Shown here piece by piece: positions 51,415 through 62,085 of a stretch of DNA of 64,000 nt. The stretch comes from Gloeobacterales cyanobacterium (lineage in GTDB: Bacteria; Cyanobacteriota; Cyanobacteriia; Gloeobacterales; PMM-0068): positions 128,001 through 192,000 of the forward strand of contig JBBRSB010000003.1 in the NCBI GenBank assembly GCA_038245785.1, in the 5' to 3' direction. Numbering within the stretch: the first letter of the stretch is position 1; every line of letters begins with the position of its first letter. Both the position numbers and the translations under genes were made by a program. The notes below the pieces were generated by a model. The model searched no databases, was not told the DNA's origin, and worked only from the letters and a program-made list of their open reading frames with translations.

Positions 51415-51665
51415 TAGAGACTGTCTTCTGGCTTAGTCGGGGCAAACATACTCTGCTTAGAAGCCTTGAGCTGTTTCCAAAGTGCTTTGATCTCTTTGTA
51501 GGCTTGTGTAGGAGGAAGCTTTCCACCATTCTCCAAGGCACAGATAATGGCCACCCGCTGAGAAAACTCTTGAAGGTTGGCATCAAAAACCATATTGGGT
51601 AAGGTTTCTTTGCCGTGATAGGTACGGTAGGGATAGACGAATTGTTTTTTTTCAACCTCGGACAT
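51414..51665 (-). CDS. Conserved small cyanobacterial protein (DUF7219-like)
   Basis: FVYP..YHG, FDANLQEFSQRV, GGKL...AY.EIK.LWKQLK.SK. Confidence 0.8.
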   Translation of the reverse strand: MSEVEKKQFVYPYRTYHGKETLPNMVFDANLQEFSQRVAIICALENGGKLPPTQAYKEIKALWKQLKASKQSMFAPTKPEDSL

Positions 51666-51808
51666 GAGCTTTACCACCCCTCCCCAAGAATATCAATCGG
51701 TACTTTATATCTGCTAAGTTTCCCAACTCTTCAGAAGATCTCACTACCTCCAATGTAGCGAATTCCCCCTCTAAATATACGGGCTTAGAAAGAGGGGAAC
51801 CCACTCAG

Positions 51809-54355
51809 CTATTCCGAGGCGGCTTCCTCTTCGAGAAGGCCCGTCTCATCGGTTTCAGGAACGACCGTGATCGCTTTGATGAAATCATCTTCGTCCAGCC
51901 GCTGAACCCTTACTCCGGTAGCAGCACGAGATTGAACAGAGATTTCATCGGCACTCTGACGAATGACAACACCGCGAGCGGTGACAATCATCAACTCATC
52001 CCCAGGCTGTACCACTCTGAGCGCAGCTAATCTATCTTCTTTGTTGCGGAAGTTGATTGCTTTGACGCCCATACCGCCTCGGTTTTGAGCCCGGAAGGCT
52101 GTGGCCGGAATTCTCTTGCCTAGGCCCTTAGAAGTAACCGCCAAGACCCACGGTCCAGGTGCTGTCGTTAGCTCTTCTTCTGAGACATCCGCTTCTACAT
52201 CCTCTGGAGCTTCTTCCCCGTGAGGAAGCATATCCATCGCAATCAGCTGGTCTCCGCTCTTTAAGGTCATGGAGCGGACTCCACGGGCCGTACGCCCTGT
52301 CGCTCTCAGCTGTTGCTCATCACAATGGAAGCGAACGGCCCGGCCTAAAGAACTGCCGACAATCAGATCATCTTGAGCAGAGACTTTACGTACCCAGCGC
52401 AGTTCATCGCCTTCTTCTAGAGAAATCGCAATCAAGCCATTCGCTCGAATGTGAGAAAAAGCATTGAGGGTCGTCTTTTTAATGAAGCCGCCTTGGGTGA
52501 GCATCACTAGGTATTCATCTTCAGAAAACTCAGAAACTGGGACTAGAGAGGTAATTTTCTCTTCAATCGGAATCGGCAGTAGTTGCACAATCGCAGCCCC
52601 TTTAGCGGCACGAGAGCCTTCCGGGATCTGATAGCCTTTCAGGGCATAGACCGTTCCCTTATTTGTAAAGAAGAGAATAGTGTCGTGGTTGCAACAGGCA
52701 AAGAAGTGCTCGATGCCATCATCTTCTTTCATGCGGGTCCCGGCTTTCCCTCTCGTGGCCCGACGCTGAACGCCAAAGGTATCGATGGACACCCGTTTTA
52801 CATAGCCTTGCTCAGTGACAAAAACCACCATCTCTTTGTTGGCAATTAGGTCTTGGTCTTCAAGATCTCCCTCACCCTGCATCAGTTGGGTGCGACGGGG
52901 TTGAGCAAACTTGACTTTCAGAGCCAATAGATTGGTGCGAATCAGGTCCAGAATCAGTTCACGGCTAGCCAGTAAGCGATTCAGTTCTTCAATGCGGCGG
53001 GTGAGCTCATCGTGTTCTGCTTCAATTTTTCCCGACTCCAAAGAAGTAAGACGACGCAGCTGCATGCTCAAGATTTCATTGGCTTGGATCTCGGAGAATT
53101 GGAACTGCTCGACCAACTGGGCACGAGCCGCTGCCGTATCTTCCGCTCCCCGAATCAAAGCAATCACTCGGTCAATGCGGCTAAGGGCGATCAGATAGCC
53201 CTGGAGAATATGGTCTCGTTCCTGGCACTTGCGCAGTTCATAGCGAGAACGACGGGTAATCACTTCTACCCGGAATTCCAGGAAGGTGGTCAGGGCATCA
53301 CGGAGTGTCAACAGCTTCGGTTCACCATTCACCAGCGCCAACAAATTCACGCCAAAATTGCTCTGGAGCTGAGTCTGCTTATAGAGATTATTTAGGACTA
53401 CTCTTGGGTAGGCATCGCGCTTTAGTTCAATGACAATCCGCATCCCATCTCGGTCTGATTCATCACGGATGTCAGAAATACCATCAATTTTTTCGTCATT
53501 GACCAGCTCGGCAATTTTTTCAATCATGCCCGCCTTATTTACCTGATAAGGCAACTCAGTGACAATGATCGCGTTCTTGTCCTGACGGCCCCGCTGCTCA
53601 ATCACTTCGATTTCACAAATGCCTCTTAGGGGAATTGAACCACGGCCCGTCAGATAAGCTTCTCGGATGCCTGAACGTCCTAAGACAATCCCCCCTGTCG
53701 GGAAATCGGGACCAGGAATATACTGCATCAACTCAGTGCTGGTCAGCTCTGGGTTGGCAATCAGGGCAACCAAGCCATCAATCAGTTCCCCTGGATTGTG
53801 AGAAGGAATATTGGTCGCCATACCCACAGCGATCCCTGTAGAACCATTCAGGAGCAGCTGCGGGAGTTGGGCAGGCAAAACGGACGGTTCTTGCTGTGAA
53901 CCATCAAAAGTGTCTGTAAAGTCTACGGTTTCTGCTTCAATATCGGCGAGTAACGTGTCTCTGGATAGGGGAGTCAGACGAGACTCGGTATAACGCATAG
54001 CCGCTGGCGGATCGTTGTCGACCGACCCGAAGTTGCCGTGTCCATCGATCAGGGGCACACGCATCGAAAAATCTTGCGCCATCCGCACCAAGGCGTCATA
54101 GACGGCGGAGTCACCGTGGGGGTGGTATTTACCCAGCACTTCCCCAACGACCCTAGCGCACTTACGGAAGGGACGGTCAGGAGACAAACCGAGTTCGTGC
54201 ATGGCATAGAGCACGCGGCGATGCACAGGCTTGAGGCCGTCACGGGCATCAGGGAGCGCTCGACCAACAATGACACTCATGGCGTATTCGAGATACGAAC
54301 GCTGCATCTCATTACGCAAATTGGTCGATACGACGCGGCTATCTTCGATCGTCAT
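51809..54355 (-). CDS. gyrA: DNA gyrase subunit A
   Basis: [28 protein letters not shown], GyrA-box-like QRRATRG. Confidence 0.97.
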   Translation of the reverse strand: MTIEDSRVVSTNLRNEMQRSYLEYAMSVIVGRALPDARDGLKPVHRRVLYAMHELGLSPDRPFRKCARVVGEVLGKYHPHGDSAVYDALVRMAQDFSMRVPLIDGHGNFGSVDNDPPAAMRYTESRLTPLSRDTLLADIEAETVDFTDTFDGSQQEPSVLPAQLPQLLLNGSTGIAVGMATNIPSHNPGELIDGLVALIANPELTSTELMQYIPGPDFPTGGIVLGRSGIREAYLTGRGSIPLRGICEIEVIEQRGRQDKNAIIVTELPYQVNKAGMIEKIAELVNDEKIDGISDIRDESDRDGMRIVIELKRDAYPRVVLNNLYKQTQLQSNFGVNLLALVNGEPKLLTLRDALTTFLEFRVEVITRRSRYELRKCQERDHILQGYLIALSRIDRVIALIRGAEDTAAARAQLVEQFQFSEIQANEILSMQLRRLTSLESGKIEAEHDELTRRIEELNRLLASRELILDLIRTNLLALKVKFAQPRRTQLMQGEGDLEDQDLIANKEMVVFVTEQGYVKRVSIDTFGVQRRATRGKAGTRMKEDDGIEHFFACCNHDTILFFTNKGTVYALKGYQIPEGSRAAKGAAIVQLLPIPIEEKITSLVPVSEFSEDEYLVMLTQGGFIKKTTLNAFSHIRANGLIAISLEEGDELRWVRKVSAQDDLIVGSSLGRAVRFHCDEQQLRATGRTARGVRSMTLKSGDQLIAMDMLPHGEEAPEDVEADVSEEELTTAPGPWVLAVTSKGLGKRIPATAFRAQNRGGMGVKAINFRNKEDRLAALRVVQPGDELMIVTARGVVIRQSADEISVQSRAATGVRVQRLDEDDFIKAITVVPETDETGLLEEEAASE

Positions 54356-54477
54356 AAGGTCGCTCCCTTAAAGTTTGGTCTTGTCAGGCTGCTAACGCCT
54401 AACATGCAAAAACCCCGGCCTTGGACAGAAATCCTGTGGCACGAGCCGGAGTTTGGATGAATGGTAATGGTACTCAT
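54352..54477 (-). other. Putative 41-codon leader ORF with terminator-like hairpin upstream of gyrA
   Basis: TGCTAGAAT extended -10, GAGGT RBS, ATG at 54477, stop overlapping the gyrA ATG (ATGA); internal stem AAACTCCGGC/GCCGGGGTTT ending in a T run. Confidence 0.35.
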
Positions 54478-54736
54478 TGCTACCTCTTATTCTAGCACGC
54501 CAGAGGTCTAGGCACTGCTTTGCTGGGGCGTGATTGAGGGCTCTACACCCCCTCGCCATATCTCTGTCCAAAGAAGTACGTACACGAATGAATTCTTTTT
54601 GTTAGGATGCTATCTGCTAAGGTTTTTTTGGGACGAATAGCACACAAGAACGCAGTTGGTACCTTAAGAGAGGGAGAATAAGCATTCTGGTTCTATTTTT
54701 CTATCACCTACTCCCCTACAAGGACAGGAGTCTAAC

Positions 54737-55189
54737 GTGAATATCCAGTTGAGCACAGACAAGTTCGCCATTCCTCTTGAGGACCTGCGTGACCTGTTTG
54801 ACCGAGCCACGTTTTGGGCTCGCGGCCGACAATTGGATGACCTTCAGAACATGATTTTGTTTAGTGACCCTGTGGTTTCTGCCTGGGACGGAGACAAGCT
54901 GGTTGGCGTTGCGCGCGCGACGACCGATGGCGTCTATCGAGCCATGCTTTGGGATGTAGTCGTAGACCCACACTATCAGGGCAATGGAGTTGGTCGAGAT
55001 CTAGTAGAAGGCGTTCTTGCCCATCCCTTAGTCGCCAAGGTGGAACGAATATTCCTAAGCACCACCTATCAGCAAGGTTTCTACGAGAAGCTGGGCTTTG
55101 TAGAGAATGCTGCGACCTGTATGGTCTTGGACCGATCCAAAACAGTCTCAGAGACTGTGGTTGAAATAGTCTCTGAGGCTGTCGTTTAG
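54737..55189 (+). CDS. GNAT N-acetyltransferase (Ycf52-like)
   Basis: ARATTDGVYRAMLWDVVVDPHYQGNGVG, FYEKLGF. Confidence 0.88.
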   Translation: MNIQLSTDKFAIPLEDLRDLFDRATFWARGRQLDDLQNMILFSDPVVSAWDGDKLVGVARATTDGVYRAMLWDVVVDPHYQGNGVGRDLVEGVLAHPLVAKVERIFLSTTYQQGFYEKLGFVENAATCMVLDRSKTVSETVVEIVSEAVV

Positions 55190-55234
55190 CTGTTCAATCA
55201 ATACGAACTCTACTAGATGAAAATCCACTCTCTA

Positions 55235-55711
55235 TCAGAAGGGAAGTTCATCATCTGCTAGAGAGGGCAGATTCGCTGGCGGTTTGGCCGGAGCGGTACG
55301 ACGTTCTGCAGCAGGCTTAGCAGCAGCTTTAGGGGACGGTGAGGCAGGTTCAGGCATCGAGAATCCTGTATCTAGACCAGCTCCAGCACTGACAGAGACT
55401 ACTTTACGGGCTTGAACTTCTGCCCGCTTCTCTTTGTAACCATCGCGCTCAATCGTATTCATGCGCAATTGCCCTTCCACGACGACCGTATCGCCTTGAT
55501 GGAACTGCTGGGCAACTTCTTGGGCCAGGTTGCGACCACTTTCTCCAGGACGAGCCACCCGACCGAAGACAACCACACTCACTTGATAAGGGGCTTCTTC
55601 AGGACGGGCAGCAGCAAAACGGAGGGGAAACTTGGCTATGGCCAATCCATCGGGAGTTTCTCGCAATTCTGGATCACCAACGACCTCTCCTAGGATGGCA
55701 ATAGCATTCAT
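55235..55711 (-). CDS. ssb: Single-stranded DNA-binding protein
   Basis: DPELRETPDG, VVVEGQL, C-terminal DDELPF. Confidence 0.9.
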   Translation of the reverse strand: MNAIAILGEVVGDPELRETPDGLAIAKFPLRFAAARPEEAPYQVSVVVFGRVARPGESGRNLAQEVAQQFHQGDTVVVEGQLRMNTIERDGYKEKRAEVQARKVVSVSAGAGLDTGFSMPEPASPSPKAAAKPAAERRTAPAKPPANLPSLADDELPF

Positions 55712-56043
55712 GCTTCCACAGGCTCCGTGACTACAGGGACAAACTCATTTTCGTCCAGCACTGTCAGGAACCGGAGAACTTTTTCGTCTAGTTTAAGAGT
55801 CCGCTCTAACTCCGCCTTGATTGCAGTCTCAGCATTGTAGTTGAGCTGTACATAAACGCCTTCTTTCAGGTTGTTGAGTTCGTAGGCTAAGCGGCGCTTG
55901 CCCCGAATATTGGTTACAACATCCGTAGCACCTTTCTCCGTTAAGAGATCGGTATAGGCAGCAACAGCGGTGGTAAGCGCTTCTTCTACGAGTTCTGAAT
56001 TCAGAATGAATAGGGTTTCGTAGCGACGGGCAACAATGGGCAT
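55708..56043 (-). CDS. rpsF: 30S ribosomal protein S6
   Basis: RRYETLFIL, GKRRLAYE, EGVY, VLRFL. Confidence 0.95.
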   Translation of the reverse strand: MPIVARRYETLFILNSELVEEALTTAVAAYTDLLTEKGATDVVTNIRGKRRLAYELNNLKEGVYVQLNYNAETAIKAELERTLKLDEKVLRFLTVLDENEFVPVVTEPVEA

Positions 56044-56088
56044 AGAGACTCCTTATGGTCTGCGGCCCTCCGTAGAGAGCAAGGATAA
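56044..56088 (-). promoter_or_regulatory. Putative S6:S18-binding ribosomal leader
   Basis: Minus strand TCCTTGCTCTCTACGGAGGGCCGCAGACCATAAGGAG: TCCTT pairs with the AAGGA RBS, with a CCG in the internal loop. Confidence 0.5.
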
Positions 56089-56121
56089 GTTTGTGATAAG
56101 CGACTTCCTATCTTAACAGAG

Positions 56122-56952
56122 CTAGACCTCTAGCTGACCAACAAAAACACGTTGGGCCGGACCGGTCATGAAAACATGATTATTGTCGTGCCACTGGATC
56201 TCCAACGGGCCTCCCGGAAGCTCTACCGTTGCTCGTTTCTCCGCTTTCTGATTTAGCACGGCTGCTACCAGAATTGCACAGGCTCCTGTACCACAGGCTA
56301 AGGTTGTCCCTGCTCCCCGTTCCCAGACTTTTACTTTTAGATGGGTGGGGTTGAGTACCTGGACGAAATGGACATTGATTCGCTCTGGGAAAGCCGGATG
56401 AGATTCAATGGCGGGCCCCCACTGAGCTAGCTCTACTGTGTTCAGGTCGTCCACAAAAATGACGGCATGAGGATTGCCCATACTTACCGTGGTTACTTTA
56501 AAACGGCTCCAGGGATCTGGCAGAGGGAGATTCAGAACTTTCTCCCCTTTGGGTACGAGGGTCGTCGGAATTTCTTCAGCACTGAGGCGAGGGCACCCCA
56601 TATCCACTGTTACTTGCTCACCCTCAAATCGAGGGACAATCAATCCCGCTTTCGTTTCGATAACGTAGCCACCCTCTTCGGTCGGGATGTCTAGCTCCCG
56701 CATGAACTTAGCGAGACAGCGGATACCATTGCCGCACATCTGAGCTTCGGAACCATCGTTATTAAATATCCGCATGGCATGAGGCTGGCTAGTGGAAGGC
56801 AAGAGGAAAATAACCCCATCCCCGCCTACCCCAAAGTTTCGGTCACAGACCTGACGGGCTTGCTCCGGGCTGAGCATCGGTTCGCTCTGGGCACGGTTAT
56901 CAATGAGAACAAAATCGTTGCCGAGGCCCTGATATTTGGTGAAGGGAATCAC
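56122..56952 (-). CDS. dapF: Diaminopimelate epimerase
   Basis: GLGNDF, MCGNGIRC, MGNPH, ERGAGTTLACGTGACA. Confidence 0.96.
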   Translation of the reverse strand: MIPFTKYQGLGNDFVLIDNRAQSEPMLSPEQARQVCDRNFGVGGDGVIFLLPSTSQPHAMRIFNNDGSEAQMCGNGIRCLAKFMRELDIPTEEGGYVIETKAGLIVPRFEGEQVTVDMGCPRLSAEEIPTTLVPKGEKVLNLPLPDPWSRFKVTTVSMGNPHAVIFVDDLNTVELAQWGPAIESHPAFPERINVHFVQVLNPTHLKVKVWERGAGTTLACGTGACAILVAAVLNQKAEKRATVELPGGPLEIQWHDNNHVFMTGPAQRVFVGQLEV

Positions 56953-57097
56953 AAGAAAACCTATGAAATTGATGTACTTTGGGACGTCATAGAGATCTTA
57001 CTAAATCCTGTGGGGCTATGACGCTTCGTTTATAAGAAAGCCCTCGATTGGATAACGCCCTGGAAAGAGCAGTTCTATGAAACCATTGCGGCAGAAT

Positions 57098-57892
57098 CTA
57101 CAGAAAGATCTTTTTGCGAATGGCGGACCAACCCCAGTAGGCGGCCATAAGCACCATACAGATCAGCCAGAGCAATTGCCACGGCCAATATTCCGGTAGT
57201 CCCAGAGGCCAGCGCAGAAAATCTACAATCGGAGACAGCGGTAGCGCTTCAGCTAGCCAACGGCTCGCACCGGGCAGATTGCCCCGAGGAAAGTAGGTAC
57301 CGCTAAGGGTGAACATTGGCAGAATAAAGAGGAAAGTCGGCAGGTTCACCTGGTCAAGGGTTTTGACCAATCCGGCAGAGACCAACCCACAAGCGCCAAA
57401 GAGCAGAGAGCCGAGGATCAAGATTGGAATCGAAAGCAGTAGGGCATACCAGGGATAAAGACCGAGTAGGACCACCACGAGTCCGGTAATGAATCCGCCT
57501 AGCGTTCCTTTCGTAGCAGCCCATAGCCAATCTCCCAAGAAGACCTCGGTATAGCTCAGAGGAGTAGTCAGCAAGGCATGCCATGTTTTTTGAAAGGTAA
57601 GCCGGATATAGCTGCTGTAGGCTCCTTCAAAGAAAGACTGGAAGAGAATGGCCACCGCCATCATGCCGGGACCAAGATATTGGGGATAGCTCACCGTCTG
57701 CCCCAGATAGTCAAAATTTTGGATCATCGGTCCTAAGCCTGCACCAAAGGCGAACAGATACAGCACAGGCTCCGACATCGGTGGCAACAAATTAGAGAGC
57801 CAGGTCACCCGATAGACATCCACATGTCTGCGCCAAACAGAGTAAACGCCCCAGAGAGAGACGGATTCGGTAAATGATTTCGTAAGGTTCAT
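57098..57892 (-). CDS. ABC-2 type permease (NodJ-like)
   Basis: Six hydrophobic segments, YLGPGMMA, LSGTYFP. Confidence 0.85.
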   Translation of the reverse strand: MNLTKSFTESVSLWGVYSVWRRHVDVYRVTWLSNLLPPMSEPVLYLFAFGAGLGPMIQNFDYLGQTVSYPQYLGPGMMAVAILFQSFFEGAYSSYIRLTFQKTWHALLTTPLSYTEVFLGDWLWAATKGTLGGFITGLVVVLLGLYPWYALLLSIPILILGSLLFGACGLVSAGLVKTLDQVNLPTFLFILPMFTLSGTYFPRGNLPGASRWLAEALPLSPIVDFLRWPLGLPEYWPWQLLWLICMVLMAAYWGWSAIRKKIFL

Positions 57893-58791
57893 AGACCAAC
57901 TCCCGTGAGCCGTAAGAAAACATCTTCCAAATTGGCCCGCCGACGCGTTAACCGTGATGGATGCAGCTCAACCAAGGCTTGCCAAAGCGGTTCTGCTTGA
58001 GCGGGCAAGACCACGAGCGTACTATTGCCGAAGGGATAGCTCCAGGTTCCTGCTTTAGCTGCTAAATCCTCTAGCATTCCCACTGCAACTCCTTCCACTT
58101 CTGCCACTTCTTGCCCAACTTCCTGCGCAATCACCTCTTGCGGTTTTCCACCGCCGACAATCATTCCATCCTTGAACAAGAGAATCCGGTCTGAAAGGCG
58201 TTCGGCTTCATCCATATAGTGAGTTGTTAGCAAAACCCCTCGGCCTTCCTCTTTGAGGCTACTGACAAAACGCCAAAATCCTTGACGGGCATCAGGGTCT
58301 AAGCCCGTCGTCGGTTCATCCAGAAAAACTAGCTTTGGATTGTTAATCAAGGCGCGGGCCAGGACCAAACGCCTCTTCATCCCCCCTGAAAGGTCTTCAG
58401 GAGAATCTTTAGCTCGGTCTTGGAGGTCCACTTGCTTCAGAAGCAGTTCGGCTCGTGCGCGGGCTTCGGCCACAGGCACTCGATAATAACGGGCAAAGGT
58501 CAGCAGATTATCAAGGACATTAAAGTCCGGGTCTATGTTGTTCTCTTGGGAAACTACCCCTATGTACTGACGAGCTTGCCGTCCCTGACGATGAACATCC
58601 CAGGTTCCCAAAGTAACTTGCCCCTTGGTTGGATTGACCAAGCCATAGAGCATGCCCACGGTCGTAGTTTTTCCGGCTCCATTCGGCCCCAATAAACCCA
58701 AGACTTCGCCGGGGAATAGTTCAAAACTAATCCCTCGGACTACTTCCCGGTCCCCATAGGTCTTGTAGAGATTTTGAGCGCTCAGATACAC
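57889..58791 (-). CDS. ABC transporter ATP-binding protein (NodI-like)
   Basis: GPNGAGKTT, LSGGMKRR, LDEPTTGLDP, TTHYMDEAE. Confidence 0.9.
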   Translation of the reverse strand: MYLSAQNLYKTYGDREVVRGISFELFPGEVLGLLGPNGAGKTTTVGMLYGLVNPTKGQVTLGTWDVHRQGRQARQYIGVVSQENNIDPDFNVLDNLLTFARYYRVPVAEARARAELLLKQVDLQDRAKDSPEDLSGGMKRRLVLARALINNPKLVFLDEPTTGLDPDARQGFWRFVSSLKEEGRGVLLTTHYMDEAERLSDRILLFKDGMIVGGGKPQEVIAQEVGQEVAEVEGVAVGMLEDLAAKAGTWSYPFGNSTLVVLPAQAEPLWQALVELHPSRLTRRRANLEDVFLRLTGVGL

Positions 58792-58856
58792 AAGTTAGAC
58801 ACAACCCAGCTTTCCCACGCTAACACTCAAAAATTAACCCATCCATGCCCCCAGCC

Positions 58857-59420
58857 TTATTCCATCAGCCAGCCGAACAACTCGCCCACACTTAGTCGTA
58901 ACTCATGAGCAAAGGAGGGTACAGGAAGAAGTTGCTCTGATTGCTCAAATACTTCTGTCTCTTGCTTCGGCAAGTAAACAAAAACAGTCTGCTCAGCGGG
59001 ATCAATTAGCCAACCCATCTGAGTTCCATATCTGAGGCAGTGCAGAATATTCTTGGTAACTTTTGTGTGGCTTTGGTCTGGAGACAAGATTTCAATAGTC
59101 CAATCAGGAGCTATTTGGAACACATTAGCAATTTCACCGTTTTCATCACGCGGAATTCTCTCAGAGATAAACACAGAGACATCTGGCACGGTCGACCGCT
59201 CACCAAACGTACAGCGCAGTTCTGAAAATGCTCGTGCAGTGCGTTTAAGTTTAAGAACAGCATTGATAGTACTAGCTAATTCAGTCTGAATAACGCTGTG
59301 TTTCCCTTTTGGCATTGGCTTTTGAATAATTTGACCGTCAACATACTCACTAGCAGGTTTAGTCTCTGGCATGTGCAGAAACTCTTCCAAGGTTAAGATT
59401 CTGGATGGGGTTTGTACCAT
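58857..59420 (-). CDS. Uma2 family endonuclease
   Basis: PETKPASEY, VPDVSV, PDWTIEILSP. Confidence 0.88.
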   Translation of the reverse strand: MVQTPSRILTLEEFLHMPETKPASEYVDGQIIQKPMPKGKHSVIQTELASTINAVLKLKRTARAFSELRCTFGERSTVPDVSVFISERIPRDENGEIANVFQIAPDWTIEILSPDQSHTKVTKNILHCLRYGTQMGWLIDPAEQTVFVYLPKQETEVFEQSEQLLPVPSFAHELRLSVGELFGWLME

Positions 59421-59449
59421 GTGTAATCGCCTTCGCTGTAACCTTTATT

Positions 59450-60103
59450 TTAAGGCTCAACTCCTAGATCCCGTAAACGCTGGGCTAGGGCTTCAGCCTT
59501 TTGTTCGGCAACTTTAGCTCTTTGCTCTGCCGTTTCAGCCCGTTGTGCCAAAGCCTGATAGCTTTCAAAGGACTGTCCGTCGGGTTGGATTAGGTTGAGA
59601 TCTCCGGTTTCTGTCAGCTCAAAGCGTATTCCTAATCGGGGGCTGACCCAACCCTCTATCGTTTCTAGGGCTTCCAACACTCCACCCTGACGGATAAAAC
59701 CATCCAAACTTAGACGGTCGGGGTCATAGAGATAATATTCATCCACACCATACCGTTCGTAAAACTGAAACTTGCGGTTCATCTCTGCAATCGTATTTCC
59801 TGGAGAAATAACCTCAAAAACTATTTGTGGAGCAATGTTATCCTCTAGCCACTGCCGATAGCTGCCTCTATCGCCCTTAGGACGACCAAGAACAACCATC
59901 GTATCGGGAGCCTGACGGAGCTTGTTATTTCCTTCGACTGGATACCACAGCAAATCTCCAGCCACAAAAACTTGGGGGTCATTTCTAAATACCCAATCTA
60001 AGCCTTCTTTGAGGTAGACAATCCAGCGGAACTGTTTGGTATTGTCTGCCATGGAAAAGCTATCAGACTCAGGGTAGGTAATCGGTGTAGCGGAAATAAC
60101 CAT
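59450..60103 (-). CDS. Uma2 family endonuclease with coiled-coil tail
   Basis: MADNTKQF, APD, FEVISP, GVDEYYLYDP, AEQRA repeats. Confidence 0.88.
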   Translation of the reverse strand: MVISATPITYPESDSFSMADNTKQFRWIVYLKEGLDWVFRNDPQVFVAGDLLWYPVEGNNKLRQAPDTMVVLGRPKGDRGSYRQWLEDNIAPQIVFEVISPGNTIAEMNRKFQFYERYGVDEYYLYDPDRLSLDGFIRQGGVLEALETIEGWVSPRLGIRFELTETGDLNLIQPDGQSFESYQALAQRAETAEQRAKVAEQKAEALAQRLRDLGVEP

Positions 60104-60298
60104 GAGATGAATACGTCAGGAGGTCATTGATTAGCCATATTTTAGCCCTTTGTATCGGCCGGCAGAAAGACTGTAAACGCCAAAGCGTCACCTCAGGAGT
60201 TACCCGAGATGCCATTGGTCAATAACCTTGCCGAAAAGAGCGCTCACAGGCCCAGTCGCTTGTGAATCCCCTTCTATACGGGCATGAGGTGTTGAAAA

Positions 60299-60544
60299 TT
60301 AGTAGGCGAGGCCCATGCTGCGGGTGGTTTCTGCCCCGAGGTAGACACGGATGCTCAAGAAATCCGTAGGGCAGGCGGTTTCGCAGCGCTTACAGCCCAC
60401 GCAGTCTTCCGTGCGGGGAGAAGCAGCAATCGTAGCAGCCCGGTTTCCGTCCCAAGGAACCATTTCCAGGACGTCTAGAGGACAAGCCCGGACACACTGG
60501 GTGCATCCAATACAGGTGTCGTAGATCTTTACGATGTGAGACAT
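60299..60544 (-). CDS. psaC: Photosystem I iron-sulfur centre PsaC
   Basis: [22 protein letters not shown]...[12 protein letters not shown]...RSMGLAY, 81 aa. Confidence 0.98.
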   Translation of the reverse strand: MSHIVKIYDTCIGCTQCVRACPLDVLEMVPWDGNRAATIAASPRTEDCVGCKRCETACPTDFLSIRVYLGAETTRSMGLAY

Positions 60545-60659
60545 AGGAACCCTTTCGAATCGTGCCGTCTTGGTTATGGATTGCAGTGTATCGCGCCCAG
60601 AAAGGCTTTGCCGCAGATTTGCCACATTTCTTAAAAAAGCGTTACCTAAGCACTCATTT

Positions 60660-61670
60660 TCACTCTTGAGCTTGCACCATTTCCCGGACGAGGTTGGCTT
60701 CCCATTTGCGGGCTGGGGCCTGACGACGAATATCTCGCCAAATGCCCGTAGCCGCTTTGGTCCCATCAGCAACCGCAATCGAAATCTGATTGAGGCCCTG
60801 CTTCAAGTCCCCAATCGCAAAAATACGGGGATGGGAAGTCCGGCACATATCGTCGGTGACTAGATTTTCCCCATTCTTCTCTAGGGGAATACCGTTCAAG
60901 TATTGGCTGTAGTAGTGAGAGCCCATGGCGATCAGTCCTGTGTCTACCGCAATCCGGGAGCCATCAGTGAACTCAATGCCATCCATGGTGTGACTTTTCC
61001 CTAAGAAGCGCTGGATGGGCGTCTCAATCAAAGGATAGCCGTGGTCTGCCAGTTTTTGACGCATCTCAGGCCCCACCTCGAAAAGACCGTGGGTCAAGAC
61101 CGTGATGTAGGGCGTAAACCAGTTCAAGACAAACGCCGTGTTGATTTGCCCCTCCGAACCGCAGATCAAAGCACACCGCGTATCGTTTATCTCATAGCCA
61201 TCGCAAATCAGACAGACATGCAGGTTGTGTCCCGCGTACTGGTAGACATTCTGCATATCATCTAGCTTCGGAAGCTGGTCGATGATGCCGCTGGCTGCAA
61301 CGATATATTTTGCTTTAAACGTATGTTCTTGTTCGTGACGCATCGCTGTTTTCACGCGCACATCAAAGTATTCACCTTGGTCTGTGACTTCTTCAACATG
61401 GGCAAAGAGGTAATTGCCGCCGACATTATAAAGATGCTGTTCTCCTCGCTTTAGCAGCTCTCTGCCGCTAATGTGCTCAGGAAAACCGAGGTAATTGGTC
61501 AGATCTGTCATCCAGAAAGAACGACCTCGCCCTTTTTCAATTACTAAAACTTTGAGGTTATAGCGGGCTAAATACAGCCCTGCCGAGAGTCCTCCTGCTC
61601 CACCACCTACCACAATGGCGTCATAGAGAAGCTCAGCATGTTCATCCAGATGCTTACGGGATAGCCGCAC
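60660..61670 (-). CDS. Thioredoxin reductase-like flavoprotein (DDOR-like)
   Basis: [27 protein letters not shown]; lacks the canonical NADPH-binding GGG motif after the CxxC. Confidence 0.75.
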   Translation of the reverse strand: MRLSRKHLDEHAELLYDAIVVGGGAGGLSAGLYLARYNLKVLVIEKGRGRSFWMTDLTNYLGFPEHISGRELLKRGEQHLYNVGGNYLFAHVEEVTDQGEYFDVRVKTAMRHEQEHTFKAKYIVAASGIIDQLPKLDDMQNVYQYAGHNLHVCLICDGYEINDTRCALICGSEGQINTAFVLNWFTPYITVLTHGLFEVGPEMRQKLADHGYPLIETPIQRFLGKSHTMDGIEFTDGSRIAVDTGLIAMGSHYYSQYLNGIPLEKNGENLVTDDMCRTSHPRIFAIGDLKQGLNQISIAVADGTKAATGIWRDIRRQAPARKWEANLVREMVQAQE

Positions 61671-61776
61671 GTTTACAACCCTGACAGTATTCCTAGTCTA
61701 GCGGGTGACTTGGAGTTTTTGGAAATGCACCAGAGGCACGCTATAAATAAAGGGAAACGCGTCATCATCTGAAATC

Positions 61777-61866
61777 ATGTCAATCATCACACTCGGTTGG
61801 ACTGCCCTAATTTTGTTTTTTGTTGGCTCTATCGCACTTACGGTTTGGGGTCGAGGCGGCTTTTAA
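61777..61866 (+). CDS. petN: Cytochrome b6f subunit 8 PetN, 29 aa: MSIITLGWTALILFFVGSIALTVWGRGGF
   Basis: Translated by hand; LGW...SIAL.VWGR.G signature. Confidence 0.9.
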   Translation: MSIITLGWTALILFFVGSIALTVWGRGGF

Positions 61867-61894
61867 AGGAACTTCATTTGAGCTATAGGAATTC

Positions 61895-62017
61895 ATGATC
61901 CAGAACTACCTGGTCATTGCGGCCTTTTTGGGGCTCGTCGCCCTTACCTTGGGAGTAGCCTATCTCACCTGGGTGGATTTTCGTGACCGCCAACGCGCCA
62001 AGAAAAGCAAGCGTTAG
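61895..62017 (+). CDS. Small single-TM protein, 40 aa: MIQNYLVIAAFLGLVALTLGVAYLTWVDFRDRQRAKKSKR
   Basis: AGGA RBS, one hydrophobic helix and a basic tail; lies between petN and pilT. Confidence 0.65.
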   Translation: MIQNYLVIAAFLGLVALTLGVAYLTWVDFRDRQRAKKSKR

Positions 62018-62085
62018 CCTCCTGCTCAGATTGGGGAATGCTAGAGCATACATACGCACCCCCTAGTTTGCCGGAGAACTGTGTC

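Noticed and set aside
57098..58791. NodI/NodJ-like pair as Nod-factor export
   Set aside because: Generic ABC-2 exporter; no nodABC genes present.
58857..60103. Tandem Uma2 genes (four in the window) as a defence system
   Set aside because: Uma2 paralogues are routinely abundant in cyanobacteria, and no methyltransferase or other partner is present.
60545..60778. Long N-terminal extension of PsaC in the ORF track
   Set aside because: Overlaps the upstream flavoprotein gene; the canonical MSH start is at 60544.
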